Notes under the pieces: model-generated
What the model saw: only the letters and a program-made list of their open reading frames with translations
What the model was told of the DNA's origin: nothing
Database searches by the model: none
Program-made: the position numbers and the translations under genes
Shown here: positions 12,685 to 25,304 of the stretch, in pieces
Layout: every line of letters starts with the position of its first letter
How positions within the stretch are numbered: the stretch's first letter is position 1
Assembly (NCBI GenBank): GCA_002269645.1
Contig: NIVC01001443.1
Span: 38,443 to 102,442, forward strand
Direction of reading: 5' to 3'
Length of the DNA stretch: 64,000 bases
Source of the DNA: Macrostomum lignano
Lineage: Eukaryota

Positions 12685-15600
12685 ATGCGCGGTCCACTAT
12701 CGCTGCCACTACCCAGGCGACTGCGCCAACTGGTGCTGGCCAATTTTGCCTGTCCTGGCAATCGCACTGGCCACCTCGCTCGCCTGGCATTTCGCCTCGC
12801 CTCCCATGAGCAGCAGCACGCCTCCCGCCTGTGCGCCGAGGCTTGCATTGATTTGTTGCCAGCAGCAACACCCGCCTCGCCGGCGACCTGCCTGGAGGTT
12901 GGCTTTGGCGCCGGGCACGCGCTGGCCGAGCTGCGACGACTTCGGCCAGTTGGCGAGCTTCGCCTTCTGGGCGTCGACGCGAGCAGCTTGGCTTTGAAGC
13001 TGGCAACGGCGCAGCTTGGCGGCGAGCCCGACAATGCAAAGCTGTTCCACTGCCAGGCCGACGACCTGCTGCCTGTGGCCACCGGCAGCTGCAACCTGGT
13101 TGCTCAGGTAGCTTAGCCTAGGTTGGCTTCGGCTGCCGATTCTTCAGTGTCTGCTCCCCCGGGTCTTCAGGTGTTGCTACCCCTTTATAGATTTTTTCAG
13201 GCGCTGCTATCTTTAGTTCCTCAGGTGCTATTTGCTATTGCCCCCCGTTCTTCAGGTGCTTTTGCCCCCCGGTTCTTTATGTGCTTTTGCCCACCGGTTC
13301 TTTATGTGCATTTGCCCCCCGGTTCTTTATGTGCTTTTGCCCCCCGGTTCTTTATGTGCTTTTGCCCCCCGGTTCTTTATGTGCATTTGCCCCCCGGTTC
13401 TTTATGTGCATTTGCCCCCGGTTCTTTATGTGCATTTGCCCCCCGGTTCTTTATGTGCTTTTGCCCCCCCCCCCCGGTTCTTTATGTGCTTTTGCCCACC
13501 GGTTCTTTATGTGCATTTGCCCCCGGTTCTTTATGTGCTTTTGCCCCCCGGTTCTTTATGTGCTTTTGCCCCCGGTTCTTTATGTGCTTTTGCCCCCCGG
13601 TTCTTTATGTGCATTTGCCCCCCCCCGGTTCTTTATGTGCTTTTGCCCCCCGGTTCTTTATGTGCATTTGCCCACCGGTTCTTTATGTGCATTTGCCCAC
13701 CGGTTCTTTATGTGCATTTGCCCCCCGGTTCTTTATGTGCATTTGCCCCCCGGTTCTTTATGTGCATTTGCCCCCCCCCGGTTCTTTATGTGCATTTGCC
13801 CCCGGTTCTTTATGTGCATTTGCCCCCCCCGGTTCTTTATGTGCTTTTGCCCCCCGGTTCTTTATGTGCTTTTGCCCCCCCCCGGTTCTTTATGTGCATT
13901 TGCCCCCCGGTTCTTTATGTGCATTTGCCCACCGGTTCTTTATGTGCATTTGCCCCCCGGTTCTTTATGTGCATTTGCCCCCCGGTTCTTTATGTGCTTT
14001 TGCCTCCAGTTCTTTATGTGCATTTGCCCCCCCCCGGTTCTTTATGTGCTTTTGCCCCCCCCCCGGTTCTTTATGTGCTTTTGCCCCCCCGGTTCTTTAT
14101 GTGCTTTTGCCCACCGGTTCTTTATGTGCTTTTGCCCCCCGGTTCTTTATGTGCTTTTGCCCCCTCCGGTTCTTTATGTGCATTTGCCCCCGGTTCTTTA
14201 TGTGCATTTGCCCCCGGTTCTTTATGTGCATTTGCCCCCCGGTTCTTTATGTGCTTTTGCCCCCGGTTCTTTATGTGCATTTGCCCCCCGGTTCTTTATG
14301 TGCATTTGCCCCCGGTTCTTTATGTGCATTTGCCCCCCCCCCGGTTCTTTATGTGCTTTTGCCCACCGGTTCTTTATGTGCATTTGCCCCCCCCCGGTTC
14401 TTTATGTGCATTTGCCCCCCCGGTTCTTTATGTGCTTTTGCCCCCCCCGGTTCTTTATGTGCTTTTGCCCCCCCCCGGTTCTTTATGTGCTTTTGCCCCC
14501 CCCCCGGTTCTTTATGTGCTTTTGCCCACCGGTTCTTTATGTGCTTTTGCCCCCGGTTCTTTATGTGCTTTTGCCCCCCCCCGGTTCTTTATGTGCATTT
14601 GCCCCCGGTTCTTTATGTGCATTTGCCCCCCGGTTCTTTATGTGCATTTGCCCCCCGGTTCTTTATGTGCATTTGCCCCCCCCTGGTTCTTTATGTGCTT
14701 TTGCCCCCCCCGGTTCTTTATGTGCATTTGCCCCCGGTTCTTTATGTGCATTTGCCCCCGGTTCTTTATGTGCATTTGCCCCCCGGTTCTTTATGTGCTT
14801 TTGCCCCCGGTTCTTTATGTGCATTTGCCCCCGGTTCTTTATGTGCTTTTGCCCCCCGGTTCTTTATGTGCATTTGCCCCCCCCGGTTCTTTATGTGCTT
14901 TTGCCCCCCCCGGTTCTTTATGTGCATTTGCCCCCCGGTTCTTTATGTGCTTTTGCCCCCCGGTTCTTTATGTGCATTTGCCCCCCGGTTCTTTATGTGC
15001 TTTTGCCCCCCGGTTCTTTATGTGCATTTGCCCCCCGGTTCTTTATGTGCTTTTGCCCCCCGGTTCTTTATGTGCTTTTGCCCCCCGGTTCTTTATGTGC
15101 TTTTGCCCCCCCCGGTTCTTTATGTGCATTTGCCCCCCGGTTCTTTATGTGCTTTTGCCCCCCCCCGGTTCTTTATGTGCATTTGCCCCCCCCCCCCGGT
15201 TCTTTATGTGCTTTTGCCCCCCCCCGGTTCTTTATGTGCATTTGCCCCCCGGTTCTTTATGTGCTTTTGCCCCCCCCCCGGTTCTTTATGTGCATTTGCC
15301 CCCCGGTTCTTTATGTGCTTTTGCCCCCCGGTTCTTTATGTGCTTTTGCCCCCCCCCCGGTTCTTTATGTGCATTTGCCCCCGGTTCTTTATGTGCATTT
15401 GCCCCCCGGTTCTTTATGTGCTTTTGCCCCCCGGTTCTTTATGTGCTTTTGCCCCCCCCCCCGGTTCTTTATGTGCATTTGCCCCCGGTTCTTTATGTGC
15501 TTTTGCCCCCCCGGTTCTTTATGTGCTTTTGCCCCCCCCGGTTCTTTATGTGCATTTGCCCCCCGGTTCTTTATGTGCTTTTGCCCCCCCCGGTTCTTTA

Positions 15601-17994
15601 TGTGCATTTGCCCCCGGTTCTTTATGTGCTTTTGCCCCCCCCCCGGTTCTTTATGTGCTTTTGCCCCCCGGTTCTTTATGTGCTTTTGCCCCCGGTTCTT
15701 TATGTGCATTTGCCCCCCGGTTCTTTATGTGCTTTTGCCCCCGGTTCTTTATGTGCTTTTGCCCCCCCCCGGTTCTTTATGTGCATTTGCCCCCCGGTTC
15801 TTTATGTGCTTTTGCCCCCCCCCCGGTTCTTTATGTGCATTTGCCCCCGGTTCTTTATGTGCTTTTGCCCCCGGTTCTTTATGTGCTTTTGCCCCCCCGG
15901 TTCTTTATGTGCTTTTGCCCCCCGGTTCTTTATGTGCATTTGCCCCCCGGTTCTTTATGTGCTTTTGCCCCCCGGTTCTTTATGTGCTTTTGCCCCCCCC
16001 CCCCGGTTCTTTATGTGCTTTTGCCCCCCCCCCGGTTCTTTATGTGCTTTTGCCCCCCCCCCGGTTCTTTATGTGCATTTGCCCCCCGGTTCTTTATGTG
16101 CTTTTGCCCCCCCCCCGGTTCTTTATGTGCATTTGCCCCCGGTTCTTTATGTGCTTTTGCCCCCGGTTCTTTATGTGCTTTTGCCCCCCCCGGTTCTTTA
16201 TGTGCATTTGCCCCCGGTTCTTTATGTGCTTTTGCCCCCGGTTCTTTATGTGCTTTTGCCCCCCCCCCGGTTCTTTATGTGCTTTTGCCCCCGGTTCTTT
16301 ATGTGCTTTTGCCCCCCGGTTCTTTATGTGCATTTGCCCCCCGGTTCTTTATGTGCTTTTGCCCCCCCCGGTTCTTTATGTGCTTTTGCCCCCCCCCGGT
16401 TCTTTATGTGCATTTGCCCCCCGGTTCTTTATGTGCTTTTGCCCCCCCCCGGTTCTTTATGTGCATTTGCCCCCGGTTCTTTATGTGCTTTTGCCCCCGG
16501 TTCTTTATGTGCTTTTGCCCCCCCCGGTTCTTTATGTGCATTTGCCCCCGGTTCTTTATGTGCTTTTGCCCCCCCCCGGTTCTTTATGTGCATTTGCCCC
16601 CGGTTCTTTATGTGCTTTTGCCCCCCGGTTCTTTATGTGCTTTTGCCCCCCCGGTTCTTTATGTGCTTTTGCCCCCCGGTTCTTTATGTGCATTTGCCCC
16701 CCGGTTCTTTATGTGCTTTTGCCCCCCGGTTCTTTATGTGCTTTTGCCCCCCCCCGGTTCTTTATGTGCTTTTGCCCCCCCCCCGGTTCTTTATGTGCAT
16801 TTGCCCCCGGTTCTTTATGTGCTTTTGCCCCCCCGGTTCTTTATGTGCTTTTGCCCCCCCCGGTTCTTTATGTGCTTTTGCCCCCCGGTTCTTTATGTGC
16901 TTTTGCCCCCCCGGTTCTTCATGTGCATTTGCCCCCGATTCTTTATGTGCATTTGCCCCCCGGTTCTTTATGTGCTTTTGCCCCCCGGTTCTTTATGTGC
17001 ATTTGCCCCCCGGTTCTTTATGTGCATTTGCCCCCCGGTTCTTTATGTGCATTTGCCCCCCGGTTCTTTATGTGCATTTGCCCCCCGGTTCTTTATGTGC
17101 TTTTGCCCCCGGTTCTTTATGTGCATTTGCCCCCCGGTTCTTTATGTGCATTTGCCCCCCGGTTCTTTATGTGCTTTTGCCCCCCGGTTCTTTATGTGCT
17201 TTTGCCCCCCCCGGTTCTTTATGTGCTTTTGCCCCCCCCCGGTTCTTTATGTGCTTTTGCCCCCCCCGGTTCTTTATGTGCTTTTGCCCCCCAGTTGTTC
17301 AGGTGCTACTGCCCTCAGTTGCTAAGGTGCTACTGACCCCAGTTGCTAAGGTGCTACTGACCCCAGTTGTTCAGGTGCTACTGCCCTCAGTTGCTAAGGT
17401 GCTACTGACCCCAGTTGCTAAGGTGCTACTGACCCCAGTTGCTAAGGTGCTACTGACCCCAGTTGTTTCAGGTGCTACTGCCCTCAGTTGCTAAGGTGCT
17501 ACTGACCCCAGTTGCTAAGGTGCTGCTGACCCCAGTTGCTAAGGTGCTACTGACCCCAGTTGTTCAGGTGCTACTGCCCTCAGTTGCTAAGGTGCCACTG
17601 CCCCCAGTTGCTAAGGTGCTGCTGCCCCCAGTTGCTAAGGTGGTGCTGCCCCCCGTCCATCAGGGCTTGCTAAACCTAACCCTGCAAGCTATGGTTCCCC
17701 AACGCCCCACCGGCCCCGCCCCAATTCCAGGTGAACTGCTTCGGCGTGCTGCCCCGCGCTCAGTTGGCCGGGGCCTGCAGAGAAGCCTACCGGGTGCTCC
17801 GTCCGGACGGCCGGCTGGTGGCGGTGGCCGACTGCTGGCTGACCAGCCGGTTGGTCGCGGAGCTCGGCCGGCCGGATCTGCTGGACAGCCTGGCTGCCCT
17901 GGAGGCGGCCGGCTTCTCCAAGTTGAAGCACAGTCGGCGCCAGTGCTGCCTGACTGGCCGGCCGCTGCACCTGGTCACGGCTGAGGTCCGCTGA
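12685..17994 (+). CDS. Class I SAM-dependent methyltransferase, 2 exons, about 228 aa
   Basis: Exon 1 12685-13107 (motif I LEVGFGAG, motif II LLGVDAS; donor gtagct, phase 0). Exon 2 17731-17994 (acceptor ccaattccag; REAYRVLRPDGRL post-motif typical of Methyltransf_11-like enzymes). Substrate unknown. Confidence 0.85.
13150..17655. repeat. Intronic minisatellite: GGTTCTTTATGTGC(T/A)TTTG plus a variable C-run, followed by a 24-bp sub-array
   Basis: Core array about 13245-17290; 24-mer ccccagttgctaaggtgctactga at about 17290-17655. Confidence 0.97.
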
Positions 17995-18126
17995 CCCCCC
18001 TTGGAGGAGTGTCCACGCAGACGGAAAAGTGTCTTTCTGACTTTAAGAGCAGTCCAGCGCCTTTTTCAGTTCGTGCATATTAAAGTGACCGTTTGTTACC
18101 TGCGGCCACAGATACTTGAATAAGTA

Positions 18127-18503
18127 GATGGGCCACTCAGGCATATGTACTTAGTAAAACAGCTTTCTACTTTCAATTCAGTAGCAAATAAGAATACATA
18201 AGCTTTTATAAAAAGGCAGCTGAAATGACTTTGATAAGTTTAGAAGCCAAAGCTAATCGGTTCAGCCATAATGTACATTAGCCAGTCCACTGAAATGTAC
18301 ATGGCAGCTTTAGGCTGGAATTCCGTGGAAGGCAATAACGGGCGAGGCGGGGGGGGGGGGTAGTGTGGAAAGGCGTCGTTGGAAGGTTTAATCTGGAAGA
18401 GCCCATAAATGAACCTTGACTTTAAAAATACATTAAAATGCTTCAGTTTAACTTACTACTGAACTGATAGTAGCTTACACGCAAATGTGCTGAGTGGCCC
18501 ATC
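18127..18503. mobile_element. MITE with TIRs and TA flanks (Tc1/mariner-like signature)
   Basis: TA|gatgggccactcag ... ctgagtggcccatc|TA. Confidence 0.65.
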
Positions 18504-19113
18504 TAGTTATTCTCATATTGTATCATTGTATCCAAATGATTGAAAACCCCAAGGAATTACTCAAAATAAAATATGAATTGCAGAGACTATGGAACTTGAA
18601 TGAAAAATTGAAACTGGTGGTAGCTGCACCCATGAGACAGGCTGTAAAACAAAAAACCAGCTTGGCTTTCTGTTTCTACGAAAGTGTCCTAGAGGTTTCA
18701 GACCAGAAGTCCTGCAGTATATCTGCAGTTATTAGCCTTGTTAGCTCCTATTTTAATTGCTGCTTCATCCGGTTCATCAATATGTTGTCAGCCATGTTTT
18801 CTGTTGTGGATGATTTTTTGGTTGCTAACCAATGTGTTCAGGCATTTATGAGCCTTTGGCGTCTGCCAGTGTCTGTCTGCTCAGCTGCAGAAAATTGTAT
18901 TTTAATAAACTGCGTTCTCGGATATTCGATTTCTTAGCATAGCTGCAATCTTTTTTTATGACAGCAAACATTTATAGTTATTTGTTTGACTTAATTTGTT
19001 AATTTCTTATTTTTAAATACTTTTTGCGCAACTGGTGTCCGTATAGCGCAGTTATTGGTACATTTATCTGCAGTCGAGGTGCATTGACTAAGTCTTTCCC
19101 TATCACGCTATGG

Positions 19114-19475
19114 CAGAGGTTGGCAAACTTTTTTACCTCGAGGCCAGATAGACAACCTAGCGCATGAGGGGAGAGAGGAGAGAGAAAAGAGATGAGATGA
19201 CAGATGAGAGAAAGGAGAGGCGAGGCGAGGCTAAAAGAGAGTAGACGAAAGGAAATGAGAGATGAAATAGAAGAAGAGAGGAGAATCGAAAGGGAAAGAG
19301 AGGAGAGAAGGGAGAGCAGGTGAGAGGATAAAGTAGAGGAGAGAAATGAGAGGAGATTAGAGAGAAGGGAGCTGAGAAGAGACTACAATAGCAATCCGGC
19401 CCGCTCAAGGTTTGTCTCTTCTCAAAGGTCCGAGGGCCGGATGGAGAGGCTTCGCTGGCCGGAGTTTGCCTGCTG
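19114..19475. mobile_element. hAT-like non-autonomous element with GA-rich interior; related fragment at 61744-61870
   Basis: Starts cagaggttggcaaact and ends ggccggagtttgcc; the segment caatagcaa(t/c)ccggcccgctcaaggtttg recurs near 61810. Confidence 0.5.
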
Positions 19476-19499
19476 CTTTCAGTTCTTATTCTACGTGCT

Positions 19500-19777
19500 A
19501 ATATAATAACAATGATAATAATTTATTACACCTACCCTATGGTTTTTGCGCGGCGCATTTTAAGGCTGCGTACGGCTGTCCAGTCCAAGGACTGGGGGGG
19601 TCGCCCTCATGCAATTACCCCAGCCAATGCTGGTATCCATTTTACAGCTGGGTGAACTGAATCGATTCAGAGTTAAGTGTCTTGCTCAAGGACACGAATT
19701 TTTCCGAGTGGATTAGGAATCGAACCCCCGACCTTTCAGTCGTGAGTCTGAAGCTCTAACCACTAGGCTACAACCCT
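19500..19777 (-). mobile_element. tRNA-derived SINE
   Basis: Minus strand: A box TAGCCTAGTGG (19770-19760), B box GGTTCGATTCC (19726-19716), then gtgtccttgagcaagacacttaac and cacccagctgtaaaatggatacc (conserved-core-like), then a TTA-rich tail. Confidence 0.8.
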
Positions 19778-20734
19778 ATCTTAGTCTATGGTGAATATAA
19801 GAACTCTACTTGGCTCTTGGCAACGCACCAAACTGGACTAAAGCAAAAAGGTGTATTACGTTGGAATATATCATTCCTACAAAATAAGTGGTTAAATGCT
19901 TGTTAATGACAATCCTGAACCATAAATGACCTTCCAAACTTAATAAATTAAACTAAACTAATAAAATAAACTAATAAATTATATTGTAGAGATTTATAAT
20001 CTGTTGCAACTCGTACAGTTGCCATGGTAACTGCGAGGATCCGCACTCTTGTCTTGACGGAATCAATTTCCATTCACCTTATTCGCTTTGTAGATCGCAA
20101 AGGAGAGCAGAGCCTATAGAAACTCAGCTATGCGACTATTGTTTCTCGGGAGCTTCTCAGCCTGCCTGCCCAAGGGTCTCGGAAACTTTCAGATTTGGTT
20201 CCCATGGTTACCGCGCCGGCAGGGGGTTGACAGAAGAACGGAGTGGGTAGAGAAACTTCTGAATTAGTGTACGCTACGGACGGCTTCTCGTGGGAGAATG
20301 GGTGTGTGAGGTTGGGGCTGCTGAGAGCTTGTGTTCTGGCAGACAACCCGCTCTCTCTGCATTGCTGCCACTCCCCGGCTGTCCCAAACTCTGCACAAGA
20401 ATGCTCTGCCTCTCCTACCATTGTGCTCAACAGACTCATCTATCCCCTTCCCCTCCCCCCCAGCCTGCCTGCATTTGTGAGTAGGGCTTAGTGAGCACAG
20501 CCTTTATAGGCGTACCTTGGCTTTGATGCCTTCATAAAATCCTCCGTCAGTTGCTATAGTATCTCAGCCGTCCTGGGGTGCGGACAAATCCCGTTAACAT
20601 CTCTGTCTAATCCCGGTACCGCTTTGTTTCATAGCCCTGTAGTCTGCTGCTCCTTCTGAGTCTTCGGTTCCAATCGAACTCCGCCATCTCAATTCCCTGT
20701 TCTGTAGATTAGTTTAGAATTATAAATATCAGTT

Positions 20735-22258
20735 ATGGATCTCATAATGGACCAGGCCGCTCACTTCTACGATAGCTACCAATTCTGGCTGAGAAAAGCC
20801 GGTGAGTGAAACCATTGGAATTAGAATTTCAATTAGAGCTCCTATCTGTAATGGTTGCTATAGGAACTGTTGCCAACGCTTGACTGCACTCGTACGACCT
20901 CCGATTCGGATGTTATTATCGCATTGCCTTCTGATAACTTTGATTTTCAGCACGATAATCACAATATTCACAATATGCTGTTATTATTTTTGCACTCCGC
21001 AGACAAGCGCGTGGCAGACTGGCCGCTAATGAAATCCTACTGGCCCACCTGGGCCCTGATGTTCGGCTACCTGATCGCGGTGAAGGTCGGCCAGCGCCTC
21101 ATGGCCAGCCGCCAGCCCTTCCGCCTGCGCTGGCCCCTGTTCGCCTACAATATCTGCCTTGTGGTGCTCAACTTTCACATATTCTCCGAGGTAACTGAAG
21201 ATAACCGAGATATCTACGGATATTTTTTGTTCTAAATATATTCTTTCTTGACAGACTTTAGCCTGCAGTCTACTGCTACGCTCGTAGTATCAGTAGAGTG
21301 GTAGACAAAATTGCAACCTTATTTTATTCAATGGCCTGAAAAGTTAAATTAAGCACGCGGCAATAATTTCAGCTACTGTACTGCTCTTGGAAACGCAACT
21401 ACAACTACCTGTGCCAGCACATCGACTACTCGGACAATCCCTACGAGGTTCGCATCGCCAAGGCCCTGTGGTGGTACTACTTCTCCAAGTGTATCGAGTT
21501 TATGGACACAATGTTCTTTGTGCTGAGAAAGAAAAACACGCAGATCAGCTTTCTGCATCTCTACCACCACGCCACCATGTTCCCGATCTGGTGGATCGGC
21601 GTGAAGTGGGTGGCCGGCGGTCAGTCTTTCCTCGGCGCCATGATCAACTCCTTCATTCACGTGCTCATGTACACCTACTATGGGCTGAGCTCCCTTGGAG
21701 AGGCTGTGCAGAAGTTCCTGTGGTGGAAGCGGTACTTGACCCGGCTGCAACTGGTGAGGGAGAGTCTTATGCAGCAATCCAATGCACGCAACACTCAAAG
21801 CACAAAAGCCCTGAATCCCAGGAATCCATGCACCACTCTAAATGCGTCCAGTGAAACTCCCCACGTGTGTAGATTTAAAACAATCATACTTGGCTAATGA
21901 AACTGTCCGCAGATTCAATTCTTCATCGGGATGCTGGTCGGCACTCATTCCCTGCTAACTGGCTGCGGCGCCGTCCCCATCTGGATGGAGTACTCCGGCA
22001 TGGTGTACGGCCTCTCCATGATTGCACTGTTCGCCAACTTCTATCACAAAGAGTACGTCACCAGAAGCAATTTGAACAAGCGGGAAGCCGTCGACAAAGT
22101 GAGTGTCCAGAGAAAATCTTATTCACAATTTGTACTTTTTCTGAGTTCGATCGTTTCGAAAACGAATCGCCCATCTGTTGGCATTGCAGCGACCGAACGG
22201 GCAGGCTAACGGACACGCCACTAACGGGCACGTCGCGTCCTCAAAGAAGCAACATTGA
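20735..22258 (+). CDS. elovl4: Very-long-chain fatty acid elongase, ELOVL4-like, 5 exons, about 296 aa
   Basis: Exons 20735-20801, 21003-21190, 21373-21753, 21913-22098, 22190-22258, all GT-AG and phase-consistent. Motifs: KCIEFMDT, HxxHH box [31 protein letters not shown]-terminal KKQH* ER-retrieval signal. The ELOVL4 subfamily call is from remembered similarity. Confidence 0.93.
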
Positions 22259-22406
22259 ATAGAAATTAATGAATGTAACAGAGGCTCTCATGCGATCTCA
22301 GTCGCGTCTGTGGCTTTCAATCTGTTTGGTACAGGCACCTGTTGTTTATGGTCGAAACTGGCATCGATCGACCATAAAAAACATGGCCATAGACTACGCC
22401 CGTGTA

Positions 22407-22592
22407 AGCCATAGACTATATGAATAGAGAATCAAAATTAGACGCCGCCTATCAGTACGAGACTGAATTTAAACTAACTGATTAATTTGCGTGTGAATAG
22501 TGACCACAGATGCTAAAAACTGTGATCGTGACTGTCACCTAGGCGAAAGAGCGGCAGCTAAAATGGATGATCCGTTATTATAGTCTATGGCT
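22407..22592. mobile_element. Short element with a 14-bp inverted repeat (possible MITE)
   Basis: agccatagactata ... tatagtctatggct; no TSD found. Confidence 0.4.
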
Positions 22593-23174
22593 GATACTGT
22601 CGTAATCTATGGCAATGCTTTCCTTAACATCTCTCGTGCTGGTTTGTATGGGGATTGCTTCATGGAGTCTCGCCTTGTTTGACTAAAGTCTCATTAAGAT
22701 AAGATCGTCAGAAGCAATGGGAAAGAGGGAGTTTTTGCTAACTGCAGATTGAAGTCATGTCATTTCGATCATGGTAGATTTTATCATAGATAAGTTAAAA
22801 GCCCCATGCCCCACATTGCTGCAAACTGTCATTTGGCTTATATATATTACCATCGCTTGGCCATACGAGGCCTTTGAACGCTTCGCATAAGCAGGTGTGT
22901 AATATTTTATAGCTAAGTGCCAGAATAGAAATTTCAGTAGTCCATACTTGCCTGTTGCTTCATTTGAGCCTGTCTATTTCTTCTGCTACCAATTCTTCAT
23001 TGTTGAAGGGGCCAGTTTATTGCGCTTGATTTAAAAAAATGTGCCTTAGTTTCATAGCCTGGCGCTTTACTTTAAGGAGCGTATGAGTCTCTTTATACTT
23101 TAGTAATGGTATCTTCCTCTGGGAGAATGCAATTTCTCGACTCTGCATTCAGCAGCCCAAACCGCCCGGCTCTA

Positions 23175-23800
23175 TACCTCTGATCATTCAGTAGTCTACC
23201 GCCTCTACCCCTGATCGTTCAGTAGTCTACCGCCTCTACCCCTGATCGTTCAGTAGTCTACCGCCTCTACCCCTGATCGTTCAGTAGTTCACCGCCTCTA
23301 CCCCTGATCGTTCAGTAGTCTACCGCCTCTACCCCTGATCGTTCAGTAGTCTACCGCCTCTACCCCTGATCGTTCAGTAGTCTACCGCCTCTACCCCTGA
23401 TCGTTCAGTAGTCTACCGCCTCTACCCCTGATCGTTTAGTAGTCTACCGCCTCTACCCCTTATCGTTCAGTAGTCTACCGCCTCTACCCCTGATCGTTCA
23501 GTAGTCTACCGCCTCTACCCCTGATCGTTCAATAGTCTACCGCCTCTACCCCTGATCGTTCAATAGTCTACCGCCTCTACCCCTGATCTTTTAGTAGTCT
23601 ACCGCCTCTACCCCTGATCGTTCAATAGTCTACCGCCTCTACCCCTGATCTTTTAGTAGCCTACCGCCTCTACCCCTGATCGTTCAATAGTCTACCGCCT
23701 CTACCCCTGATCGTTCAGTAGTCTACCGCCTCTACCCCTGATCGTTCAGTAGTCTACCGCCTCTACCCCTGATCGTTCAGTAGTCTACCACCTCTACCCC
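23175..23800. repeat. 31-bp minisatellite, about 20 copies
   Basis: Unit accgcctctacccctgatcgttcagtagtct. Confidence 0.97.
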
Positions 23801-24490
23801 TCAGGCACAGCACTGCCTCTCAATTGCTAATTGAGCAAAACTTATTCTGTTGACACCTTCCTGTCTTTTACTGTTTTCTATTTTGTTTTTATCTCTTTAA
23901 ATAGACAGTTCTGCTGAGCCAATAACCATTTTAAAGTCTAATTTTGCACCTTTTTGCCCCGATAACTGCGCGCTGTTTTTTATTTGATTTCCTGTACTTT
24001 TTGTGTTATCCACCGGAGTTTTATCCTACCAATATTGTTTTAGTAGATTTTTTGTTACGTTGAAGTTTCTTTTTAAAAAATGTCATAAAAGCTGGAGGAT
24101 TGATGTTTTGATCTCATGTTGTATTTCTCCGTTCTCAGTGGACCCATCATTCTCCATTACTGCTGGTCCATGCGTAAGTTTTTAATCTTGCTTTTTGTCA
24201 TAAATTTTTTTTTTAACTTTTTAAAGTTGATGTTTAACGTCGAGGGCTAGATGGACTTCATGGTCTGAGTACTTAACAAGAGTTTATTGTTTTGTGTGCC
24301 TCTTTTTGTTTACTGATTTCAACGAGAAATTTTAGCGATGAAATACACTTGATAGTTGAATCTCTGTGCAATAAATTCATGCTTTACTTCCCAGTAAAAT
24401 GGACTTAAATTCTGTTGTAGTTTTACTAAGTTTTGCTCCGATGCCGGCAGGATATTCAACGACCCATCGCCTTTTAAACCCAATCGACAA

Positions 24491-24958
24491 CGACAACAAC
24501 AGAATACGCAGTTAGCGTCACAGGGCGCGCCTCAAGGCCAGGTCGCGAATGAACGCCACACCGCCGGCCGAATCCGGGGCGCCGGCGTCAGCCAGCAGGC
24601 AGTCGACGAAACGAGTCAGCAGCAGCACCTCCTGCACCGGCTCTGGGCAGTACGACTCAGCGCGGATGATGTGGCCTGCCAGCTGGAGTAGCCGACGACG
24701 CAGCAGGTCGCTTGGACGGACCAGGCCGGCGCGGTGATACAAAGCCGCGTTGGTCACTCGCTCGTAGCCGATCTTGAAGGCGGGCAGTCCTGCAGTCCGA
24801 GGCCTTGCCTGACCGCCAGAGGGAGGCGTTGTTCCAGGCGGTGATCGAGACCGTTCTGCTGTACAACGCCGAGACCTGGACGCTGACGGAGTCGCTCGAG
24901 CAACAAGTTGACGCGGTGCACGCTGCATGGCCTGCTGCGCGCCGCCTTCAAGATCGGC
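24491..24958 (-). mobile_element. 5'-truncated RTE-like non-LTR retrotransposon with 5' inversion
   Basis: Minus-strand 3' part (FKIGYERVTNAALY...LAGHIIRAE...RRAL*) with GTT-like tail; plus-strand inverted part about 24784-24958 (QSEALPDRQ...[11 protein letters not shown]); TSD ccaatcgacaa at 24480-24490 and 24958-24968. Confidence 0.85.
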
Positions 24959-25304
24959 CAATCGACAATCTAGCAAATCTTTGATGCATCCCTTTAAAGA
25001 AGCTCTTGGGCTCACTCATTGGCTGCTAAGCACGCAAAGCAGGGGTGAAACCGCTCGATTCAATATCTAGACGAAGTTGACCGATTACAAAGTTGCGCAC
25101 TGATGTGATCCTCTGCAAATGTCTCTGAAGCATCTGCAGTCTTTGATAAATCCCCGCTGTAAACTCATGTGTGTACAAACAGGTCAATGTCGTTTGTCTG
25201 GTATGGCATTCCTTTTATTGATATATTTTAGTATTGTTTAATTCTTGGCATGAAGGGCAATGAAAGTTCTCAATCGTGTTGGAAACCCAAAGACGACGTT
25301 CGAA

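Noticed and set aside
13123-17494. Three ORFs of 1350-1420 aa (PGSLCAFAP/RFFMCFCP/PVLYVLLP)
   Set aside because: The repeat unit has no stop in any plus-strand frame, and the region lies inside the methyltransferase intron.
19700-19777. tRNA gene
   Set aside because: A and B boxes are present but run into a SINE body and tail; no clean acceptor stem was found.
23175-23800. CRISPR-like regular repeats (also the 40-, 51- and 52-bp arrays)
   Set aside because: Head-to-tail tandem units with no unique spacers, no cas genes, and a eukaryotic context.
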